Origin: Thermoplasmata archaeon
GTDB lineage: Archaea > Thermoplasmatota > Thermoplasmata > Lutacidiplasmatales > UBA184
Assembly (NCBI GenBank): GCA_021827405.1
Contig: JAKAVY010000005.1
Location: 1 to 61,525, forward strand
Length of the DNA stretch: 61,525 bases
Direction: 5' to 3'
Both the position numbers and the translations under genes were made by a program. The notes beneath the pieces were generated by a model. That model saw nothing but the letters and a program-made list of their open reading frames with translations, was not told the origin of the DNA and did no database searches. Positions within the stretch are counted from its first letter, which is position 1. Each line of letters opens with the position of its first letter. Below, one piece after another: positions 17,929 to 26,621 of this stretch.

Positions 17929-19380
17929 ATGGGGGGCGCTCTTCCAGGGTCCCGGACCGAACCGGACTCCACGCCGGACCGGGCCGCGGAGGAGTCCCAG
18001 CAGTCCCGGGAGGCGGAGGAGGAGACCCGGGAGATCTCCCGCCGGGCGGTGGACCTCGCCCGGCACTATGCCGGCAAGATCGAGGTGGTCCCCCGGGTGC
18101 CGGTCCGGGGCCTCCGGGACTTCGCTTACTGGTACACCCCGGGGATCGCCCAGGTCTCCCGGGAGATCCACCGGGACCCCGGGCTCGCCTTCGACCTTAC
18201 CGGGCGGTGGAACACCATCGCCATCGTGACGGACGGGTCGAGGGTCCTGGGCTTAGGTGACATGGGCCCGGAGGCGGCGCTCCCCGTGATGGAGGGGAAG
18301 GCGATGCTGTTCAAGTACCTGGGTGGGGTGGACGCCTTCCCCCTGCCCGTCCGGGTGAAGGACGCCTCCGGCCTGGTGGAGACGGTGGAGCGGCTCGAAC
18401 CGGCGCTCGGCGGGGTGAACCTGGAGGACATCGCCAGCCCGAAGTGCTTCCAGGTCCTGGACGAGCTACGCGCCCGGCTCTCCATCCCCGTCTGGCATGA
18501 CGACCAGTTGGGGACCGCGGCCGCCGTGGTCGCGGGGCTATTGAACGCCCTGAAGCTGACCGGGCGCCGGATCGAGACCGCCTCCATCGTCCTGCTCGGG
18601 GCGGGGGCCGCGAACCTGGCCACGGCCCGGCTTCTCAAGGCCCTCCACGCCGACCTGGGGGCGATGATGGTGGTGGACCAGCACGGCATCTTGAACGCGC
18701 ACCGGGAGGACATGGACTCCCTCATGCTCCACCACCGCTGGAAGTACGAGCTTGCCCTCTCCACGAACGAAGGACGGCGCAAGGGGGGCCTTCCGGAAGC
18801 CCTGGCTGGGGCCGAGGTCCTGGTGGCGGCCAGCACCCCGACGCCCGGCCTGGTCACCGCCGAGGGGATCGGGTCGATGGCCCCGGAGCCCGTGGTCTTC
18901 GCGCTCGCCAACCCGGAACCGGAGATCTGGCCGGCGGTGGCGCGCGCCGCGGGGGCCAAGGTGGTGGCCACGGGCCGGAGCGACTTCCCCAACCAGGTGA
19001 ACAACTCCCTGGTCTTCCCGGGGGTCTTCCGGGGGGTGCTGGACGCCCGGGCGCGGAGCATCCCGGACGAGGTGGTCATCACCGCGGCCCGGGAACTGGC
19101 CAAGGGGGCGGAGGCAAGGGGGATCACCCCGGAGCACATCCTTCCCACCATGGATGAGGAGGGGGTCTTCCCCCAGATGGCCGCGACCGTGGCGAGCACC
19201 TGCGTGGAGCTGGGCCTGGCGCGGGTCCACCGGAGCCGGGAGGAGTTCCTGGCGCTGGCCCGGGAACGGATGGAGCGGCCGAAGCGCCTGGCCGAAGTGC
19301 TCATCCGCAACGGTCTCATCCCTCCCATGCCCCCGGAACCGACGGGAAACCCTTCCGGGGAGATGGAGGAGGAAACGTGA
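17929..19380 (+). CDS. mae: NAD(P)-dependent malic enzyme
   Basis: YTPGIA, VTDGSRVLGLGD.GPEAALPVMEGKA.LFK..GGVDA, VNLEDI..P.CF, VWHDDQ.GT, GAGAA, ANP.PEI, ATGRSDFPNQVNN. Confidence 0.95.
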   Translation: MGGALPGSRTEPDSTPDRAAEESQQSREAEEETREISRRAVDLARHYAGKIEVVPRVPVRGLRDFAYWYTPGIAQVSREIHRDPGLAFDLTGRWNTIAIVTDGSRVLGLGDMGPEAALPVMEGKAMLFKYLGGVDAFPLPVRVKDASGLVETVERLEPALGGVNLEDIASPKCFQVLDELRARLSIPVWHDDQLGTAAAVVAGLLNALKLTGRRIETASIVLLGAGAANLATARLLKALHADLGAMMVVDQHGILNAHREDMDSLMLHHRWKYELALSTNEGRRKGGLPEALAGAEVLVAASTPTPGLVTAEGIGSMAPEPVVFALANPEPEIWPAVARAAGAKVVATGRSDFPNQVNNSLVFPGVFRGVLDARARSIPDEVVITAARELAKGAEARGITPEHILPTMDEEGVFPQMAATVASTCVELGLARVHRSREEFLALARERMERPKRLAEVLIRNGLIPPMPPEPTGNPSGEMEEET

Positions 19381-19913
19381 CGGAGAACGCCGCGGGGGCC
19401 GAAGGGGCCGGCGAAGGGGAGACCCCGCCGGTACACGGGGTGCGGGTACGGCCGGCCACAGTCCAGGACATCCCGGTGATGGCCGGGCTTTTGGTCCGGC
19501 TCAAGCGGCTGAACGAGGAGTTCGACCCGCTACTGAAGGTGCGGGAGGATGCCGAGGAGAGGGCGGGGAAGGTCCTCCAGGCGGACCTGGGGCAGCCCCA
19601 GTCCCTTCTCCTGGTGGCGGAAGGGACCGGGCCGGACGAGGGGAAGGTGGTGGGGGTCTCCCGGGCCCTGGTCCGGGAGAGGCCCTTCTATCTGCCGGAG
19701 CGCGAGGGGGTCATCCAGGACATCTATCTCCTGCCGGCCTACCGTCGGCACCGGGTGGGGGAGTATCTCCTCTCCGAGACCGTCCGTCAGCTCAAGGGGA
19801 AGGGTGCCTCCCTGGTCACCGCGGAGTTCCCGGCCCAGAACCAGATCGCCACGCGGTTCTACGCCAAGAGGGGGTTTAGGCCCATCGTCTCCACGCACGC
19901 CAAGCGGCTCTGA
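19377..19913 (+). CDS. GNAT family N-acetyltransferase
   Basis: VRPAT..D, IQDIYLLPAYRRHRVGEYLL (motif A), N.IATRFYAKRGF; GTGA overlap with mae. Confidence 0.9.
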   Translation: MTENAAGAEGAGEGETPPVHGVRVRPATVQDIPVMAGLLVRLKRLNEEFDPLLKVREDAEERAGKVLQADLGQPQSLLLVAEGTGPDEGKVVGVSRALVRERPFYLPEREGVIQDIYLLPAYRRHRVGEYLLSETVRQLKGKGASLVTAEFPAQNQIATRFYAKRGFRPIVSTHAKRL

Positions 19914-20072
19914 GCCGGACCGGGCCCCGCCTTCTCCAGGACGACGGCCTCGGGCACCGGAGCCCGCCGGTACGAACGGACCGGGGGGGACGACGGGGAG
20001 CCGCCAAAGACCCTCCGGGCCGCCGAGAACGCGGGCGTGACCCGTTCCCGCGGCCCCTCCTGGCGGAGGGGC

Positions 20073-22658
20073 TCAGGACGCGGGACGCGCTTCGGGGGCC
20101 CGTCCGGGGCCCTGGGACGGGTCCCGGGGACCGCCTCCCCTCCCCAGGGAGTGGAACCGGCGGCGGAAAAGTTCGACCGAGAGGGTGGTCCCCACCCCCA
20201 CCGCCGCGGCGATCCCCAGCGGTATGGGCCCCAGGGGAACGAACTGGAAGAGCTGGGCGAACGGGGGGAAGTAGAGGGAGGTCCCGAGGATCCCCAGGGC
20301 CAGGACCAGGACCCCCGTGAGGATCCGGTTGGGGATCCGGAGGGAACGGGGGAAACCCACCGAGGCGGAGCGGTTCAGCAGGATGAGGAACACGTTGGCC
20401 ACCACCAGGGTCGTGAACGCCTCGCTCCGGCTGGGGGCGGTCCCGAGCCCCGCGTGGAGGGCGAGGACATAGAGGGCAAAGGTCCCGGCCAGCGCCGCGC
20501 CTCCCTGCAGGAGGCTGAAGGCCAGGGCCCGCCCGTTCACCAGCGGTGCCCGCGGGTCCCGGGGCGGGGAATGCATGACCCCGGGCTCTTCCGGCTCGGC
20601 CTCGAAGGCGAGGGCTGAGGTGGGGTCGATGATGAACTGCAAGAAGACGATCTCGACCGGGAACAAGAGGATCGGGAGGCCGAAGGCCACGGGGAGGAAC
20701 GCCATGCCGGCGATGACCACGTGGACCGCCAAGAGATAGCCAATGGCCTTCTGGATGTTCCCGTAGATCCTGCGTCCGGTCCGGACCGTCTCCACGATCG
20801 TCGGGAAGGCATCGTCCAGGAGGATCAGGGAGGCCGCCTCCCGGGCCACCTCGGTCCCCCGGAGCCCCATGGCGATCCCGATGTCCGCGGCCTTGAGGGC
20901 CGGGGCGTCGTTGACGCCGTCCCCGGTCATGGCTACCACCTCCCCGTCGTCCCGGAGCGCCCGGACCAGCCGGAGCTTCTGGTCCGGCCGGAACCGGGCG
21001 TAGACCTCCACCCGGCGCACCTCGCGTCGTAGAGCGGCCGGGTCCAGCCGGTCCACCTCCGGCCCGGTGAGGACCCTCTCGGGGTGGGCCAGGCCGGCGA
21101 GGCGGGCCACGCTCCGGGCCGTCTCGGGATGGTCCCCGGTCACCAGCAGGACCCGGAGGCCGGCCTGTCGACACTCCCGGATCGCCGGGGGCACGTCGGC
21201 CCGTAGCGGGTCCCCGAAGCCCAGGAGCCCCTGGAAGGTGAGCGGGACCGACCCCGGGTCCGGGGACGGGTCCGAAGCGGAGAGCTCCCGGTAGGCCACC
21301 CCCAGGACCCGTAGCCCGCGGCGGGCCATCTCATCCGCTTCGCGGCCCCATCGTTCCCGCTCGGCGTCGGAGAGGGAAGAGCGCTCGAGAAGCACCTCGG
21401 GCGCCCCCTTGGCCGCCACCGTGAGCTGCCCCCCGGGCTGCCGCCACAAGAGGAGGGTCATCCGGGAACGTTGGGTGAAGGGGACGCGCCGGAGGAGCTC
21501 CGGAGGGAATGGGTCCTCCGTCCCACGGAGGGCGGCCCAGGCCCCGAGGATCGCCCGGTCCATCGGGTCCGGGGAGGCCGGGCCTGAGGCCAGGGCAGCG
21601 GCCAGGAGGAGGGGCTCCGCTTCGGACCGTTCCCCCGGCCCCTGGGCGTCGCCCCGGTGGGACGGAAGGTACGGTCGGACCTCCGTGACGGTCATCCGGT
21701 TGAGGGTGAGGGTCCCGGTCTTGTCCGTGCAGAGCACCGTCACCGCCCCAAGGGTGGGGATGGCCGAGAGCCGTCGGGCCAGGGCATGGCGCTCGGCGAG
21801 CCTTCGGGCGCCGAAGGCCGTGTACACCGTGAGGACGATCGGGATCTCCTCGGGGAGCAGGGCGATCGCCACCGCGATCCCCGCCAGCAGCCCCGGGATC
21901 CAGGCGTCACGGGTGACCCCGATAACGGCGGCGACCAGCAGGCTCAGGACGAGTGCCGCGGCGCTGATGGAGAGCACCAAGGCCCGGGTCTGCCGCTGGA
22001 GAAGAGGGACCTCCCGGGAGATGGAACGAAGCGCCCCGGCGATGCGGCCCACCTCGGTGCGGGCCCCCGTGGCGTGGACCCGGGCATACCCGTCGCCAGA
22101 GACGACCAGGGTCTGGGCGTAGACGAACCCCTTCCCCTCCTTTCCCGGGCGGGACCCGGGACCCTTCCCGTCCGCTGGCTCCTTGGGGACGGGCACGGAC
22201 TCCCCGGTGAGGAGGGACTCGTCGACCTGCAATCCGGCGCTCTCGAGAAGGACACCATCCGCCGGGACCCGGCTGCCCTCCGTCAGGTGCACCCAGTCCC
22301 CCGGGACCAGTTCCCGGGCCGGCCGGAGCTGCTCCTTCCCATCCCGGAGGACGAGGGCCTCGGGCTCCGAGAGCGCGGCGAGCGCGGCGAGGGCCTGCTC
22401 GGTCTGGACCCCTTGGTAGAAGTCGAGACCGATGATGACCGCCAGGAAGAGGAGGATGAGGATGGAGTCCCGAGGCTCGCCGAAGAGCAGGTAGAGGACG
22501 CCGGCCACCAGCAGGAGCAGGACGATGGGCTCCCGGACGGTCTCCAGGAGCAGCCGGACCCTGGCCCCGCCCGGGCGGGAGGGCAGCTCGTTGGCCCCTC
22601 CCTCCGCCAGGCGTCGAGCGGCTTCCGAGGAGGTCAGTCCCCTTTCCGCGGTCGGCAT
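20073..22658 (-). CDS. P-type cation-transporting ATPase (P2 type)
   Basis: DESLLTGES, LPEEIP, DKTGTLT, KGAPE, TGDH, MTGDGVNDAPALK. Confidence 0.95.
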   Translation of the reverse strand: MPTAERGLTSSEAARRLAEGGANELPSRPGGARVRLLLETVREPIVLLLLVAGVLYLLFGEPRDSILILLFLAVIIGLDFYQGVQTEQALAALAALSEPEALVLRDGKEQLRPARELVPGDWVHLTEGSRVPADGVLLESAGLQVDESLLTGESVPVPKEPADGKGPGSRPGKEGKGFVYAQTLVVSGDGYARVHATGARTEVGRIAGALRSISREVPLLQRQTRALVLSISAAALVLSLLVAAVIGVTRDAWIPGLLAGIAVAIALLPEEIPIVLTVYTAFGARRLAERHALARRLSAIPTLGAVTVLCTDKTGTLTLNRMTVTEVRPYLPSHRGDAQGPGERSEAEPLLLAAALASGPASPDPMDRAILGAWAALRGTEDPFPPELLRRVPFTQRSRMTLLLWRQPGGQLTVAAKGAPEVLLERSSLSDAERERWGREADEMARRGLRVLGVAYRELSASDPSPDPGSVPLTFQGLLGFGDPLRADVPPAIRECRQAGLRVLLVTGDHPETARSVARLAGLAHPERVLTGPEVDRLDPAALRREVRRVEVYARFRPDQKLRLVRALRDDGEVVAMTGDGVNDAPALKAADIGIAMGLRGTEVAREAASLILLDDAFPTIVETVRTGRRIYGNIQKAIGYLLAVHVVIAGMAFLPVAFGLPILLFPVEIVFLQFIIDPTSALAFEAEPEEPGVMHSPPRDPRAPLVNGRALAFSLLQGGAALAGTFALYVLALHAGLGTAPSRSEAFTTLVVANVFLILLNRSASVGFPRSLRIPNRILTGVLVLALGILGTSLYFPPFAQLFQFVPLGPIPLGIAAAVGVGTTLSVELFRRRFHSLGRGGGPRDPSQGPGRAPEARPAS

Positions 22659-22750
22659 GCCCTCCCCCTTGGGCCCGCTAGCCTACGGCCCCTACCCGGG
22701 CAGGGCGACCCCGGCAGAAAAGATGGCCTCGGGAGGTCGGCCGCGGCCGT

Positions 22751-25700
22751 TCAGCGCGGGGGGGCCGGTCCCTCCGGGGACCGACCCCGGGAGGAACGAC
22801 GCCGGGCCCATCGGGGACCCCACCAGGCGCGCTCCCCGGTGGTCCGGAGCAGGGCGGGCACCAGATAGGTCCGCACCACCATGGCGTCCAGGAGGACGGC
22901 GAGCCCCACCGCGAAGCCCAGGACCCTCAGGAGCACCACGTGCGCCAAGGTGAGGGAGAAGAAGGCCCCCGCGAGGATCATGCCGGCGGCGGTGATGATC
23001 CCCCCGGTGTGGGTGACGGCCTCCACCACGCTCCCGGTGTTGGGACCGGTCCGGAGCCGCTCCTCCCGGACCCGGGTCAACAGGAAGATGTTGTAGTCCA
23101 TCCCCAGCCCCATGATGAGCAGGAACAGCACCGGAGGGATGTAGAAGAACAGGCTGAGACCGAACCCGTTCACCGTGAGGAGCGCCGTGAGCGCCCACGC
23201 CCAGGCGACGGAGATCCCGATGGTGATCAGGGCGAGCGGGGGCAACAAGGCCGACCCCAGCGCGAGGAAGAGGAAGAGGAGCAATCCCACCACGATGGCC
23301 AGGAACATGAGCTCCGTGCTCTGGGCGAGCTGGTCCTTCAGGTCCTCGGTGACCGCCGGGGCCCCTCCGTAGTGGATCGCCACGAGATCCGGGTGGGTGG
23401 TGGCATAGCCGCTCAGTTCGCTCCGGAGGCTGTCCAGGGTCTGGACGGCCGCGGTGGATTGCCCGCTCTCCGTCATGTAGACCGTGAAGAGGACCGTCCT
23501 TCCGTCGGTCCCCACAAAGTCCGTGGCGGTGGCCTCCAGGCCCGCCCGAAGGGCCGGAGGGAGGGTGGGAAGGCGCAGCCAGGTGGAGAGCGCCGCCCCT
23601 TGAGGACCGAACAGCGAGCCCACCCGGGCCACTCCGCCCGAGGTGGCCAAGGTGGTGTTCACATAGGAGAGCTCGCCCAGCTCGGTGGCGTTCGGTGGCC
23701 CGCCGGCCGGGAGAGGGGGCGCCTGCAGGGTCACCAGGACGGTCATGGGGAAGACATACCCCGGGCCGAAGGCGTGCGATATCACGGAGAGCCCCTCCGC
23801 GGAAGGGGCGCTCGCCGGCAACTGGTCGAAGTAGCTGTAGTCGGAGGGGGCGGTCAACGCCACGTAGACCAGCGGGAGGGAGATCAGTGCCACCACCCCG
23901 ATGACCACCCCGGGGTGCCGGGTGGAGAACGTGCTGGCCTGGTGGAAGTAGCCCTGGCCGGCGGCGAAGCGGCGGTTCCGTTCCTCCGCATAGCGCCGGA
24001 AGCGTTCCCCGGTGTACGGCCAGAACACCCGGGGGCCCAGGAGGGTGAGCACCGCCGGGACCAAAGTCACCGCCACGAGGACCGCGATGGCCACCCCCAT
24101 GGACAGGACCTTCCCCCAGTCGGCGATGAGGCTGGTCCCGGAGAGCGCCATGGCGAGCGTGGCCAGCACCACCGCCACCCCGCTGGTGGCCACGCTCTCC
24201 CCGGCCCATCCCACCGCGGTGACCACCGCCTCCCGGGACGGGGAACCCCGGATGAGCTCCTCCTTGTACCGGGCCGTGAGGAAGACCGAGTAATCGGTGC
24301 CCACCCCCAGCACGAAGGTGAGCAGCAGCGTGACGCTGGTCTGGGTGAACGGCCCCAGCACCAGCGAGAGCAATACCATGGCCCCCAGCCCGAGCGCGAG
24401 GGCCATCCCGATCGTGGTCAGGATGACCACCGGGGCGAGCGCGGAGCGGAAGTAGACCACGATGATGCCCAACAGGAGCAGCAGGGTGACGGGCAGGATG
24501 GTGTCCGTGTCCTGGTTGATGAGGTTGGTCTCGCTGACCACCAAGGCGGCGTCCCCGGTCTGGTAGTAGGTCAGGGAGTGGGAGGGGTCCGCCCGGTTCA
24601 GGGTCGGAGGGATGAGGCCATCCAGGCTCGCGATGTCCGAAGCGACCGGGGCGCTGCTGTCGCTCCGGGAGTAGCTCAAGGAGAGGAGGGTCACGTTGTT
24701 CCCGGGGCTGAGGAAGTTCGACCGGAGGGCCGACGGGACCGGCAGCGGGTAGGTCCAGACCGTACCCGTGGCCACGACCCCGCCGGCCCAGGCCCCCAGC
24801 GCGGCCGGGGTCTCGTTCAGTCCGGGGAAGGTGGTCCACAGAAAGTCCAGCCAACCGCCGGCCAACCCGGCCGTGCCTCCGACCCAGAAGGCGCTGGCGC
24901 GCTGGACGGCGGGCCAGGAGGTGAAGTTGAGCAGTCCCAGGTGGTCGAGGACGGCCGAGCCGAGTGCGTTGGCCCGCTCCGGCGCGTGGACGGTGAGGAC
25001 GACCGCGGTCGAGCAGGCGACCACCGTGCCGGGCTGGGAGGCGCAGTCGGCCGTCCCGTTGAACCCGTTGCCCGGGACCCCCGTGCCGTTGTAGAACAGC
25101 GACAGGTTCTCCAGGGCGAGCGGGTCTCCCGCGTAGTCCCGGGCGGTCATCTCGAAGGCCGGATAGTTCCAATGGCTGGCGCCCGAGGATCCGTTGCCGA
25201 CCAACGTCTCCCAGGTGGAGGTGTACGTGTAGGCCACTCCCCAGAGGAGGGCCGCGGTCTGGTTCACGGCCGAAAGCGGCGAGGGGGTGTTCCGAAGCGC
25301 CCCGGAGAGGGTGCTCAGCCCGAGGGCGGCCTGGCCGGCCAGGTAGGCTTGATAGGCGGTGTAGAGGGTGGAGACCCCCTGGAGGGCCTGGAGCGAAGGG
25401 TCGGTGAGGATGGCACGGGTGAGGGCCAGAGTGGCGTTCCGTCCGACCGGGCCGGTGACGTTGGCCCCGGTGAGGACGATCAGACTGGAGGAGGCCGCGG
25501 TGAGATTGGGGAAGACCCGGGAAAAGAGCGCTTGGGCCTGCTGGCTGGGGCTGGAGGCGGGGAGGGTGACGGTGGAGGGGCTGGTGGCCCCGGAGACGTG
25601 GGAGAGCAGCGGGAGGGTCAGGAGAAGGAGGACCACCCAGAGGAGGATGATCCACCGGGGATGAGCGACGACCCGTCGACCCAGCCGATGGAAGGCCCGC

Positions 25701-25762
25701 TCGGGGGCCGGGGCCCGGGGAGGTCGTGGGGCCGGTTCGGAGGCATCCTTGCTCCCCCCCAT
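22751..25762 (-). CDS. MMPL (RND superfamily) transporter
   Basis: Two repeats of TM plus extracellular domain plus 5 TM; GVGTDYSVFL..RYKEE and GLGMDYNIFLLTRVREE; TG.IIT.AG.I; LLDAMVVR. Confidence 0.92.
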   Translation of the reverse strand: MGGSKDASEPAPRPPRAPAPERAFHRLGRRVVAHPRWIILLWVVLLLLTLPLLSHVSGATSPSTVTLPASSPSQQAQALFSRVFPNLTAASSSLIVLTGANVTGPVGRNATLALTRAILTDPSLQALQGVSTLYTAYQAYLAGQAALGLSTLSGALRNTPSPLSAVNQTAALLWGVAYTYTSTWETLVGNGSSGASHWNYPAFEMTARDYAGDPLALENLSLFYNGTGVPGNGFNGTADCASQPGTVVACSTAVVLTVHAPERANALGSAVLDHLGLLNFTSWPAVQRASAFWVGGTAGLAGGWLDFLWTTFPGLNETPAALGAWAGGVVATGTVWTYPLPVPSALRSNFLSPGNNVTLLSLSYSRSDSSAPVASDIASLDGLIPPTLNRADPSHSLTYYQTGDAALVVSETNLINQDTDTILPVTLLLLLGIIVVYFRSALAPVVILTTIGMALALGLGAMVLLSLVLGPFTQTSVTLLLTFVLGVGTDYSVFLTARYKEELIRGSPSREAVVTAVGWAGESVATSGVAVVLATLAMALSGTSLIADWGKVLSMGVAIAVLVAVTLVPAVLTLLGPRVFWPYTGERFRRYAEERNRRFAAGQGYFHQASTFSTRHPGVVIGVVALISLPLVYVALTAPSDYSYFDQLPASAPSAEGLSVISHAFGPGYVFPMTVLVTLQAPPLPAGGPPNATELGELSYVNTTLATSGGVARVGSLFGPQGAALSTWLRLPTLPPALRAGLEATATDFVGTDGRTVLFTVYMTESGQSTAAVQTLDSLRSELSGYATTHPDLVAIHYGGAPAVTEDLKDQLAQSTELMFLAIVVGLLLFLFLALGSALLPPLALITIGISVAWAWALTALLTVNGFGLSLFFYIPPVLFLLIMGLGMDYNIFLLTRVREERLRTGPNTGSVVEAVTHTGGIITAAGMILAGAFFSLTLAHVVLLRVLGFAVGLAVLLDAMVVRTYLVPALLRTTGERAWWGPRWARRRSSRGRSPEGPAPPR

Positions 25763-25903
25763 GGTTCCCCCGGAACGTCTCCCGGTGCCCGGGAGAGGAC
25801 GGGGAGGGCCCGGGTCCCTTCAAGAGGCTTACCGTGGGAGGCGGGGTTCCAGTGGGACCCTCGAGCCCATATACCAGGAAGGGGCTCGAAATCAGGAACG
25901 ACC

Positions 25904-26488
25904 GTGCCGGCAGACCTCTGTCCCGCCTGTGGAGTCAGCCTCCCGCGTGACCTCATGCCCACCCACCTGGCCCGGGCGCATCCGGACCGGCGGGGCCCCC
26001 CCCGGGAGGAGCGCGCCCCTACGCCTCCCCCCACCGAGGCGTACGAGGGAGATGTGACCGCTCCGCTGTCGATGGGAGCGCTCCCTGACGAGCCGGGTCC
26101 CACGGGGGGCGGAACGGATGGGGCCCCGGAACCGCCGACCCCCGCGTTGCAAGGGGCTTCTCCCCCGCCGGTCCCGGAGGAGATCCTCGAAGCCTCCGTC
26201 GAGGGGGTTGGGGACAGCCACCCCTCCTCCGGACCGGATCCGGAGGCCCCTCCCCCCTCTTGGTCGTCGACCGGCCCGGGGCCTGGGGAAGACGAGGAGA
26301 AGCGCCCGGAAGGGAGCCCACGCCTGGGGTCCGACGCCCCCATCCCCAGCCGGAAGGCGCTCCGGACGGCCTTTCGACGGAGACGGCAGCAGACGAACCG
26401 TTCCCTGGCGCAAGTGGAGGCACTCCTGGTGGGATTTCCGGGGGGAACGCCCCGACACGACCAACGCCGGATGGCTACCAGTCGGTAA
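25904..26488 (+). CDS. Hypothetical protein with N-terminal C2H2-type zinc finger and disordered acidic/Pro-rich body
   Basis: GTG 25904 in the frame of the 22940..26488 shadow ORF: VPADLCPACGVSLPRDLMPTHLARAHP...; fills the gap divergent from MMPL. Confidence 0.55.
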   Translation: MPADLCPACGVSLPRDLMPTHLARAHPDRRGPPREERAPTPPPTEAYEGDVTAPLSMGALPDEPGPTGGGTDGAPEPPTPALQGASPPPVPEEILEASVEGVGDSHPSSGPDPEAPPPSWSSTGPGPGEDEEKRPEGSPRLGSDAPIPSRKALRTAFRRRRQQTNRSLAQVEALLVGFPGGTPRHDQRRMATSR

Positions 26489-26562
26489 CGCACCCCGCCC
26501 GATAGGGCAACCGTGACCTGTGATGCCGGGTGCCTGAGGTGCGGGCGACCCAAGGTATCGGG

Positions 26563-26609
26563 AAAAAAGGATAGGGAAAGGGTTGAGGGGAGGGGGCGGA
26601 CCCCTCCCC
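26563..26609 (-). terminator. Hairpin plus T-tract terminator of the S53 gene
   Basis: GGGGAGGGG-GCGGA-CCCCTCCCC (26587-26609); T6 on the minus strand at 26563-26568. Confidence 0.6.
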
Positions 26610-26621
26610 CGTAGGGCCGTC

